DNA of 64,000 bases from Candidatus Omnitrophota bacterium (GTDB taxonomy: Bacteria; Omnitrophota; Gorgyraeia; Zapsychrales; Fredricksoniimonadaceae): contig JADFXH010000001.1 of NCBI GenBank assembly GCA_015233675.1, positions 12,563 through 76,562 on the forward strand. The letters are read 5' to 3'. The position numbers were made by a program, and so were the translations under genes. The notes beneath the pieces are model-generated. The model saw only the letters and a program-made list of their open reading frames with translations. It was not told the DNA's origin and made no database searches. Below, piece by piece: positions 57,037 through 64,000 of the stretch (its first letter is position 1; each line of letters starts with the position of its first letter).

Positions 57037-57720
57037 TTAAAACAATACTCTGCTATGTTTATTCTTGTAAAAATCGTATTGCTTTTGGATCTCTTTGGCT
57101 TGAGCGCTGTTCCCTGTTTTTTTGTAGCACTCAAGTAACATGCCCAGTAAAGTTTGCATACTATTTAAACTTCGGAATCCCAGAGTGCCATGACGGTATT
57201 TCAGAATATCAGCTTCCAATAAAGCTGACGCACGGCTCCCGGCACTTCTGACACGTTCAAAATACCCAATGGCCCTGACAAAATCACCCTTCGAATAATA
57301 GGCTTGGCCTAATTCAAAAGAGGCCACCTGCTTATCATCGGGATCTAGTAAAAGGACTTTCTTAAATACCGGGATTGCCATATCTTCCCGGGACAAATCC
57401 ATGTAGGCATACCCTAAAGATGCCCATGCCTGCTTGTTGTCCTTATCAATGACAATTATTTTTTTACATAAACGGATCACATCGCTGTAAGAAGAGTTTG
57501 CGGAATAGGCAACAACACGAACAAACATCTGCTGAACAACAAATGGCCGTAAAAGAATTAACATCGCCCCCACGATCAACACCGTCAAAAGCCATCGACC
57601 CAAAAATCTTAACGGATGATAGCCATAACTATGCCCGCCGCCATGATCATGACCATGATCGCAGGTACATTCTTTGGAATTTGCCTGAGCATATGCGTGT
57701 GTATGTTCTGAGTGGCTCAT
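57037..57720 (-). CDS. Membrane-anchored TPR protein with a His/Cys-rich N-terminus
   Basis: 227 aa: MSHSEHTHAYAQANSKECTCDHGHDHGGGHSYGYH, then a TM helix and TPR repeats. Confidence 0.65.
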   Translation of the reverse strand: MSHSEHTHAYAQANSKECTCDHGHDHGGGHSYGYHPLRFLGRWLLTVLIVGAMLILLRPFVVQQMFVRVVAYSANSSYSDVIRLCKKIIVIDKDNKQAWASLGYAYMDLSREDMAIPVFKKVLLLDPDDKQVASFELGQAYYSKGDFVRAIGYFERVRSAGSRASALLEADILKYRHGTLGFRSLNSMQTLLGMLLECYKKTGNSAQAKEIQKQYDFYKNKHSRVLF

Positions 57721-57726
57721 TGTGTC

Positions 57727-58428
57727 TTAAGAAAGCGTTATTAAAAATATCCCCGTAACGATTAAAATATTCCCGACGCAAAAACTGATTACCCCCTCTA
57801 AAACCCGTGTCTTAGGCATAAGTTGTTTTAATATGCTTGTCGAGAATCCTATCACTAAAATAGGAAGGCTTTGGCCTAATGCAAAAACAAAAAATACAAC
57901 ACTTGAATATACCAATGAACCTTTAATGGCAACTAAACTGGCAATGAGCAACAAAACAGCCCCGCAGCAAGGGCAAGCCGGTATTTCCAGAAAAGCAAAA
58001 AGCATTCCGAATATAAATGCCGAAGGCAATGTTTTAACACTCTTAACAACATTCTCGCAATACGTGTTGATACCCCCACAACCAAAAGAGACCAATCCGG
58101 AAAAAAACAAGCCTCCTAAAACCATTAAAAACCCAAAAACAAGATAAAGATACCGGCTCATGGCAACAAGTCCGGATGCCATATGAGCAATCGCCCCGAG
58201 AAGTATCCCAATAAACGTGTATGAAATAATAAGGCCGCAGGAAAAAGACAGAGAAAGAAAAAAACCTCGATGTTTTGACCGCAAGTCAAAAGAAACAAGG
58301 CCTAATAATACCGGCAGACGGGCAAGGGTGCAGGAGCTTAATGAAGCCACTGCCCCGGCAATAACCACCGATATCAAAACTTCTAATAATGAACCTTTCA
58401 AAAGGATGTTTTGGATATAGTTTATCAT
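57727..58428 (-). CDS. CcdA/DsbD-like polytopic membrane protein
   Basis: 233 aa, about 6 TM helices, with cysteine motifs SSCTLARLP and PACPCCG. Confidence 0.6.
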   Translation of the reverse strand: MINYIQNILLKGSLLEVLISVVIAGAVASLSSCTLARLPVLLGLVSFDLRSKHRGFFLSLSFSCGLIISYTFIGILLGAIAHMASGLVAMSRYLYLVFGFLMVLGGLFFSGLVSFGCGGINTYCENVVKSVKTLPSAFIFGMLFAFLEIPACPCCGAVLLLIASLVAIKGSLVYSSVVFFVFALGQSLPILVIGFSTSILKQLMPKTRVLEGVISFCVGNILIVTGIFLITLS

Positions 58429-58462
58429 GGGCCGATAGGGCTATAGACAAAAGAATAAACTG

Positions 58463-60943
58463 TTAGCCCTTAACAGGGATGTTCCAGATTTCTTTGGCGT
58501 ATTCCCGGATCGTGCGGTCTGAAGAAAAAAAGCCGCTTTGGGCTACGTTGATAATGGATTTTTTAGCCCACTCATCTTTATTCATATACATCTTAGAAAT
58601 CTGGTCCTGGGTTTGACAATAAGATTCAAAATCAGCGCAAACCAAAAACGGATCACAGGTCTTAAGCGACTCAACTATAGGAGTAAAAAGATTTCCGTCA
58701 TGAGGGCTAAAAAAGCTGCTTTGAATAAGTTTAAAAATCTCCCGGAGCATTGGATTTTGATCAATGTATTGCTGCGGATTATAACCGTTGTGCTTAAGAG
58801 ACTCCACTTCATGGGCCCTGAGACCAAAAATAAATATGTTCTCATCCCCCACCTCCTGGGCCATTTCAACATTAGCGCCATCCAGGGTGCCGACGGTCAA
58901 AGCCCCATTCATCATGAATTTCATGTTGCCCGTACCTGAAGCCTCAGTCCCCGCAGTGGAGATCTGCTCAGACAACTCACTGGCAGGAAAAATCTTTTCC
59001 GCCAAGGAAACACGGTAATTTTCCAGGAATATCAGCCGGATCTTGTCATTCACGCTCTTATCATGGTTAATAATATCAGCAATGCTATTAATAAATTTGA
59101 TAGTTAATTTAGCCATAAAGTACGACGGAGCGGCTTTCCCGCCGATCATAAATGTACGCGGGTAAATAAATTCGCCGGGACTGTTTTTAAGCCTTAAATA
59201 TTGCGAAATAATATAAAAAGCAAAAAGGACCTGGCGCTTGTATTCATGAATACGCTTGATCTGCACATCAAAAATAGATTCGGGGTCAAGACTGATATTC
59301 ATGCTGGATTTGATATACCGCACCAAAGATTCCTTGTTTTGCTTCTTTATTTCCATCCATCGGTCACGGAATGCTTTATTGTTCTTAAACGTATTGAGTT
59401 TTTGCAGCTGATACAAATCCGTAACCCATCCGTCCCCCACCTTATCCATCAGCAAAGATGATAACCGTGGATTAGCCTTCAAAAGCCATCGACGCTGGGT
59501 GATCCCGTTTGTTTTATTGTTGAATTTGTCAGGATAAAACTCGTAAAAATCTTTAAATAATCTTGTCTTTAGAAGGTCCGAATGCAATTTTGAAACCCCG
59601 TTAACAAAAGAGCTTCCTACAATAGCCAGGTAGGCCATTCGGATCCTTTTGGGAGAAGCTTCCTCAATAAGCGACATACGCCGCAGGCGATCATTGTCTC
59701 CGGGATAGCGAAGAGCAACGGTCCTTAAAAACCAGGAGTTAATGTCATAAATGATCTCCATATGACGGGGCAAAAGATTCTCAAAAAGATCAATACCCCA
59801 GCATTCCAAAGCCTCCGGCATCAGGGTATGATTCGTATACGCAAATACTTTGGTTGTAATATCCCAAGCTGTTTGCCACTCAAAATCATATTCATCAAGC
59901 AAAAGCCGCATGAGTTCCACAATCGCCAATGTGGGATGTGTATCATTTAATTGAATAGCTACTTTTTTCGGAAGATCATTCAGATCAGGATTTTCTGACT
60001 TGAAGCGCCTTAAAATATCAGACATGGAAGCAGCGGTGAAAAAATATTCCTGCTTTAAGCGCAATTCCCTGCCCTGGCTGTTATTATCGGAAGGGTATAA
60101 AACTTTGGAAATATTCTCAGAAAAAATCTTCTTATAGACAGCATGTTCGTAATCCCCGGATTTAAAATAATCAAAATCAAACTCTTCGGTCCCTCTCGCC
60201 GACCAAAGGCGCAAGGTGTTGACAACTTCATTTTTAAAACCGACTACGGGAAAGTCATAAGGAACCGCAAGAACATCCTGCGTGTTGATCCACTTATGTA
60301 TAGCTTTGCCTTGATGATCGTAATCTATATGCGGCTTCCCGTAAAAACGAACATTAACAGTATTCTCCGGACGGGCAAATTCCCATGGGTTTCCGCTGCG
60401 CAGCCATTCATCCGGAAGTTCTACTTGAAAACCATCTTTGATCTTTTGATTGAATATCCCGTAGTCATAGCGGATCCCATAACCATGGGCCGGCATCCCA
60501 AGGCTTGCCATGGAATCCAGGAAACAGGCTGCTAGCCGTCCTAACCCGCCATTACCTAAACCGGCATCAACCTCCTGCTCCCGTAAAGTTTCCATATCCA
60601 GTTCCAATTCATCCAGAGCATCAGCGGCCTGTTTCTCAATGCCTAAATTATACATATTATTGCCCATCAGGCGGCCGATCAAAAATTCCATAGATAAATA
60701 GTAAACCCGACGTACATTCTTCTTATGGTATCCTTGCTGAGTCATGATCCATCGCTCAACGATACGATCCCTGATCGCCAACGATAAGGCCAGGTAATTA
60801 TCATGCATTGTCGCAGTGTATTGGTCTTTGGAAAGAGTATATTGCCGATTTCCCTGAAATGATAATTTTAAGGCTTCCTTGGTCATCCCTTTATTAAAAA
60901 TAACCCAATCATTCTTTTTATTAGGATCAATAGGCATAGGCAC
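58463..60943 (-). CDS. glgP: Glycogen/alpha-glucan phosphorylase (GT35)
   Basis: 826 aa with EASGTGNMKFMMNG (PLP lysine) and typical N-terminal regions. Confidence 0.92.
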   Translation of the reverse strand: MPMPIDPNKKNDWVIFNKGMTKEALKLSFQGNRQYTLSKDQYTATMHDNYLALSLAIRDRIVERWIMTQQGYHKKNVRRVYYLSMEFLIGRLMGNNMYNLGIEKQAADALDELELDMETLREQEVDAGLGNGGLGRLAACFLDSMASLGMPAHGYGIRYDYGIFNQKIKDGFQVELPDEWLRSGNPWEFARPENTVNVRFYGKPHIDYDHQGKAIHKWINTQDVLAVPYDFPVVGFKNEVVNTLRLWSARGTEEFDFDYFKSGDYEHAVYKKIFSENISKVLYPSDNNSQGRELRLKQEYFFTAASMSDILRRFKSENPDLNDLPKKVAIQLNDTHPTLAIVELMRLLLDEYDFEWQTAWDITTKVFAYTNHTLMPEALECWGIDLFENLLPRHMEIIYDINSWFLRTVALRYPGDNDRLRRMSLIEEASPKRIRMAYLAIVGSSFVNGVSKLHSDLLKTRLFKDFYEFYPDKFNNKTNGITQRRWLLKANPRLSSLLMDKVGDGWVTDLYQLQKLNTFKNNKAFRDRWMEIKKQNKESLVRYIKSSMNISLDPESIFDVQIKRIHEYKRQVLFAFYIISQYLRLKNSPGEFIYPRTFMIGGKAAPSYFMAKLTIKFINSIADIINHDKSVNDKIRLIFLENYRVSLAEKIFPASELSEQISTAGTEASGTGNMKFMMNGALTVGTLDGANVEMAQEVGDENIFIFGLRAHEVESLKHNGYNPQQYIDQNPMLREIFKLIQSSFFSPHDGNLFTPIVESLKTCDPFLVCADFESYCQTQDQISKMYMNKDEWAKKSIINVAQSGFFSSDRTIREYAKEIWNIPVKG

Positions 60944-60982
60944 CTTTTCGTTTTATCTTCGTTTTACAATAAATGATATTCT

Positions 60983-61312
60983 CTATTTCGCTACAGCCGC
61001 AGGGGCTTGCTGGCCGGCAGAGACTGCAACTGAAACGGGTTGAAGTAATTTTTTACTTAACGCTTCAAGAGAATTCCTGGTTTCTGCTAACGTATTCTTC
61101 AAATCCTCATTTTCATTTTCTTTGACCGCCAATTGGCTGGAAAGACTTTTTATTACCGCATTCTTCCCTTGGGCAATCCTGTTAATGCTGGCTGAACAAT
61201 CTTTAAAATCATTAATAATTTTGGCGTTAAAGTCTTTGATTAAAATAAAAACAACTGCAATAAAAACAATGCCCACCAACCCAAAGAAAACTCCAAGCCT
61301 CTTATTATCCAC
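60983..61312 (-). CDS. Small membrane-anchored coiled-coil protein
   Basis: 109 aa: GTG start, one TM helix, helical C-terminal part. Confidence 0.5.
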   Translation of the reverse strand: MDNKRLGVFFGLVGIVFIAVVFILIKDFNAKIINDFKDCSASINRIAQGKNAVIKSLSSQLAVKENENEDLKNTLAETRNSLEALSKKLLQPVSVAVSAGQQAPAAVAK

Positions 61313-61352
61313 AAATCTCCCCTTTAATATTTACAATTCCTGATATTGGTTG

Positions 61353-61381
61353 ATTATAACGCAGGCAAGCTTTTGTTACAA
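61353..61381 (-). promoter_or_regulatory. Candidate promoter of the 60983..61312 gene
   Basis: Minus strand reads TTGTAA-17 nt-TATAAT. Confidence 0.5.
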
Positions 61382-61446
61382 GGATTCTCTGAAGGATATT
61401 TATTAGCAAGGACTTACAGAGCAGAAGCCCAAACTTGGCAGTGTCT

Positions 61447-61470
61447 GGATTCCCGCTTGCGCGGGAATCC
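61447..61470. repeat. REP-like hairpin (ggattcccgc-ttgc-gcgggaatcc)
   Basis: Perfect 10-bp stem. Located between the lipoprotein gene stop and the next promoter. Confidence 0.75.
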
Positions 61471-61493
61471 ACATTTACAAAAAACTAAGACTA

Positions 61494-61892
61494 TTATTTT
61501 ATTAGCACTGAAGAGTAAACGATCAGCTCTCCCTTAAATCTTAATAAAACATCGCCGCCATAATAGCGGAACACTTCTGTCTTGGAATTAATAATGGCAT
61601 CAGCCCCTCTTTTTCTGGCAATTTCCTTCGCTTGACCGGTTAAAGTCTCAGGACTAACTCCATTGCTGGCAAATCCTTCAATAGAAATTCTCCCAATCAC
61701 ATAATAGGGGTTGCTGGCACCAAGGCTTTGTGATGCAGGATAAACCTTAACAGCATAGAACTGGTCTTTAGGTGGGAAGTGTTGGTTCGTATAATTAACA
61801 TAACTGGTACTGGTTGCGCATCCAGCCAAGACCAAAACGGATAAACCTAAAAGCAATATATTCTTTTGCATAAAATTATTCCTATTTTCCAT
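61494..61892 (-). CDS. Lipoprotein (lipobox LVLAGC)
   Basis: 132 aa. Signal peptide with cysteine, and a C-terminal RKRGADAIIN-type beta-rich domain. Confidence 0.6.
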   Translation of the reverse strand: MENRNNFMQKNILLLGLSVLVLAGCATSTSYVNYTNQHFPPKDQFYAVKVYPASQSLGASNPYYVIGRISIEGFASNGVSPETLTGQAKEIARKRGADAIINSKTEVFRYYGGDVLLRFKGELIVYSSVLIK

Positions 61893-62439
61893 ACATCACC
61901 TGAAGTTGGGACACTTTGGGGAATTCAGAATAAAATTCGCCTTGAGGACCAGTGAATCCCTTCCCTGATCTTTTAAGGATGACCGCTGTGAAACCTCCCT
62001 TGCCGTTAGGAATATTAATGACAAATGAATCATCACTATCAGCGCTTGCAGGAGTTACTGTTATTGCAGGAGTTGTTGCTGCTACAGACGCCTGTACTGC
62101 CGGGGCCGGAGCTCCTGCAGGGGTTGCCACCGCTTGATAGCCATACTGGGTATACACATAATACACCCCATTATTGACGTAATAGGTGACACCATTGACA
62201 ATAACCGGCTGATAAGCGCTAGGAGATTGAACCACTTCCGCGGGATAATAAGGATAATCATAAGGATCATAATAATAATGATGATAGTAATAGGGGTCGC
62301 CATAATAATACGGCCCCGGCCATACACCCAAATTAACGCCCACATAGGAACGTCCATGCCACGCATAGGAAGGCGTGGGACGAATTATTAATAAACTTAA
62401 AAACAATAAAACAAAGAATATTTTTAGTGTGGTCCTCAT
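61882..62439 (-). CDS. Secreted Tyr/Pro/His-rich protein
   Basis: ORF 61882..62469. The likely start is MRTTLKIFF at 62439 (AGGAGG upstream). Contains the YYYGDPYYYHHYYYDPYDYPYYP tract. Confidence 0.6.
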   Translation of the reverse strand: MRTTLKIFFVLLFLSLLIIRPTPSYAWHGRSYVGVNLGVWPGPYYYGDPYYYHHYYYDPYDYPYYPAEVVQSPSAYQPVIVNGVTYYVNNGVYYVYTQYGYQAVATPAGAPAPAVQASVAATTPAITVTPASADSDDSFVINIPNGKGGFTAVILKRSGKGFTGPQGEFYSEFPKVSQLQVMYGK

Positions 62440-62459
62440 AGCCGCCTCCTTGAAACTAA

Positions 62460-62516
62460 GTTCTGTCAAAATTCTTGCAGGCCGTCCATTGCATTTTTTA
62501 GATAATTTTTGACACT
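62460..62516. repeat. Palindromic scaffold without hairpin cargo (copy G, apparently unoccupied form)
   Basis: gttctgtcaaaattcttgcaggccgtccattgcattttttagataatttttgacact. Confidence 0.75.
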
Positions 62517-62540
62517 ATCATAGACTAAAATATCATATTA

Positions 62541-62569
62541 ATTCTAATATTTTCAGAATCAAAGGTCAA
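62541..62569 (-). promoter_or_regulatory. Candidate promoter of the Tyr-rich protein gene
   Basis: Minus strand reads TTGACC-17 nt-TAGAAT. This places copy G in the 5' UTR. Confidence 0.55.
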
Positions 62570-62620
62570 TTTTTTTCCTGCTCCGTAGATTAGACAACAT
62601 GAATCACTAAAAAGTTCCAT

Positions 62621-63214
62621 CTATTCTAATTTGCTTAAAATAAGCTTTTGACCATTTTGATCAAGGGTAAAATGGAATTTGCTCAGGAATGATAACCCCA
62701 ATAAACCATCCTTGAGCCCCTTACTGTCTTCAAGCAAGACAGCAGCACTGACATCCTGGGCCTTACTCTCCCCAAGCCTTACATTATTTAATGAAACCGC
62801 GGCTGCTTTATATTTGCCATTAAGGATTTCTACATACCCCACTTTAGATTGGCTGGTATCAAGGTCTAATTTCTGGACAAATGCGGATGTCAGCATAACC
62901 ACCGGAGACCCTGTGTCCACGATCAAAGAAGCGTGGACTTTGTTATTGATAAGCACATCCGCAAGAAAATGGCCTTGGCCGTCAGGAACCAAGGGTATAA
63001 CGACCCCTTGCATGTCTTTACGCTTTTGCTCTCTCTCCATCCCAAGATCATCACTCAATTGCTCCCTGGCAGCAAGGATCTTTGAAGAAATGCCCGTTGC
63101 GTTCGCTGCAGCCAATGACTGACGATCCGCCTTGATAATATCGCTTTCATCCGCACGGGCAGCAGGACACACAAGGATAAAAAAAATCAGAAATCCCATG
63201 ACTTTAATGTTCAT
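62621..63214 (-). CDS. Retropepsin-like (clan AA) aspartic protease, secreted
   Basis: 197 aa with a signal peptide and the catalytic LIVDTGSPVVML motif. Confidence 0.8.
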   Translation of the reverse strand: MNIKVMGFLIFFILVCPAARADESDIIKADRQSLAAANATGISSKILAAREQLSDDLGMEREQKRKDMQGVVIPLVPDGQGHFLADVLINNKVHASLIVDTGSPVVMLTSAFVQKLDLDTSQSKVGYVEILNGKYKAAAVSLNNVRLGESKAQDVSAAVLLEDSKGLKDGLLGLSFLSKFHFTLDQNGQKLILSKLE

Positions 63215-63298
63215 GCTTTTATTCTACCAAAATATTAAGAATATTGCGGTTTAAATGGTTCTTTCGTATTTACTGGACTACTTTAATTTATGCAACTT

Positions 63299-63467
63299 CA
63301 ATGGACAGCAATTGTATATTCGGAACGGGATATTTTCGCCGTCTGCTTCGGTTTACAACAAAAATGTTCTAAAGATTCCCTTCATTTGGAACATTTTTGT
63401 CGTAAAACCTCGCAGACATTTGGCGAAAAATCCCTGAATGTTCCGAATATACAATTGCTGTCCATCG
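63299..63467. repeat. Family-1 long hairpin, copy H (with degenerate scaffold flanks, about 63263-63475)
   Basis: Outer arms caatggacagcaattgtatattcggaac / gttccgaatatacaattgctgtccatcg pair 27/28. The core aligns with the other copies. Confidence 0.9.
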
Positions 63468-63531
63468 TTGACGCAAATATATATAATTTTTATTATCAAT
63501 TTTATTTATGTGTCCAATGAATAAGAAAGGT

Positions 63532-64000
63532 TTAAATATTAGGAGCCAATCTATCTCTCAGGTTTAAAAAATAACGCTCAATAGTATTGGAACTTAAAAC
63601 CCCTATCCATATGCATGTGATAAAACAACATACTATGATCAATTCTATCGGGATTGTACCGATCCATATTTTCCAAAATTCCAAAACTAAATAATGCCAC
63701 ACATAGATCCCATACGAATGCCTCCCTAGCCATTGGAAACTTTTAAACCGGGCCAGAAGTGAAACCCCGTGATACGCGGCAAAAAATAATAGGCCTACAC
63801 AAAGATACCCCAAAGTAAAATAGTACCAACTCCCCCAATAATAACTCCAGTCGATAGCCAAAAATAAATAAAAAAAGAGCGCCATTCCCGCAAGCCAAAA
63901 AACCGAACCCCATAATTTGCTTTTCTTCCATTGAGACCAATAAGGTTCCAATAAAGCCAATAAGCTGCCAAAACAAATGGGGCCGAGATTATAACTGATC
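63532..64000 (-). CDS. Acyltransferase-3 (OafA-like) family membrane protein, C-terminal part (5' end beyond window)
   Basis: The frame stays open upstream of the track start to position 64000 (…ISYNLGPICFGSL-LALLEPYW…). GRHSYGIYVWH motif. Confidence 0.7.
   Translation of the reverse strand, partial: ISYNLGPICFGSLLALLEPYWSQWKKSKLWGSVFWLAGMALFFYLFLAIDWSYYWGSWYYFTLGYLCVGLLFFAAYHGVSLLARFKSFQWLGRHSYGIYVWHYLVLEFWKIWIGTIPIELIIVCCFITCIWIGVLSSNTIERYFLNLRDRLAPNI

Noticed and set aside
62480-62500. Sigma-54 type promoter within the scaffold (minus strand TGGACGGCCTGCAAG).
   Set aside because: GG to GC spacing is 7 nt instead of the required ~10, and the cargo insertions fall exactly between the two halves.
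936-63467. Could the multi-copy repeats be a CRISPR array or its remnants?
   Set aside because: The copies are kilobases apart, 170-400 nt long and internally palindromic, with no regular repeat-spacer periodicity and no cas genes in the window.

Overview
The window is a 64 kb, roughly 40-45 % GC stretch of bacterial chromosome. By eye almost everything is on the minus strand; only the oxidoreductase-lpxB pair at 24237-26323 is on the plus strand. The gene content looks like an uncultivated, possibly PVC/Omnitrophota-like lineage, but I cannot verify this without a database.

Most of the window is core metabolism and housekeeping:
- dprA, aroK, pilD, aroE, leuA, ilvC and a class II aldolase.
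- ahcY-metK and a regulatory PTS cluster (ptsN, yvcK-like, ptsH, ptsI).
- Three tRNAs, then frr-pyrH-tsf-rpsB.
- An MsbA-like exporter, lpxB, thiM and purE.
- A znuABC-like metal importer and glgP.
- A two-component cluster next to a complete MoxR/DUF58/BatA-D aerotolerance-type operon.

No transposase, integrase, CRISPR array or recognisable defence gene is visible.

The unusual content is mostly non-coding:
1. A nested palindromic repeat system. It consists of a ~57-nt scaffold with TGTCAAAAT/ATTTTGACA termini whose internal junction carries long hairpins of at least three families. One family is a five-copy, ~175-nt hairpin with a conserved apical loop and bulge, and stems that covary between copies. 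The elements sit in 5' UTRs or intercistronic spacers right next to Shine-Dalgarno (SD) sequences.
2. A five-copy CCCCTCTTT/AAAGAGGGG stem-loop fused to a GGGGGAG SD.
3. REP-like GC hairpins at the 3' ends of transcription units. Some palindromes sit in frame inside coding sequences (lpxB, batC and the two large paralogs).

On the protein side there are two paralogous secreted proteins (998 and 1306 aa). They share an uncharacterised ~390-aa N-terminal module and a GGIDL C-terminal module but carry different middles, one of them a Hanks-type kinase. A sensor kinase is interrupted by a single in-frame TAA.

All functional calls come from motif recognition by eye. No searches were run.
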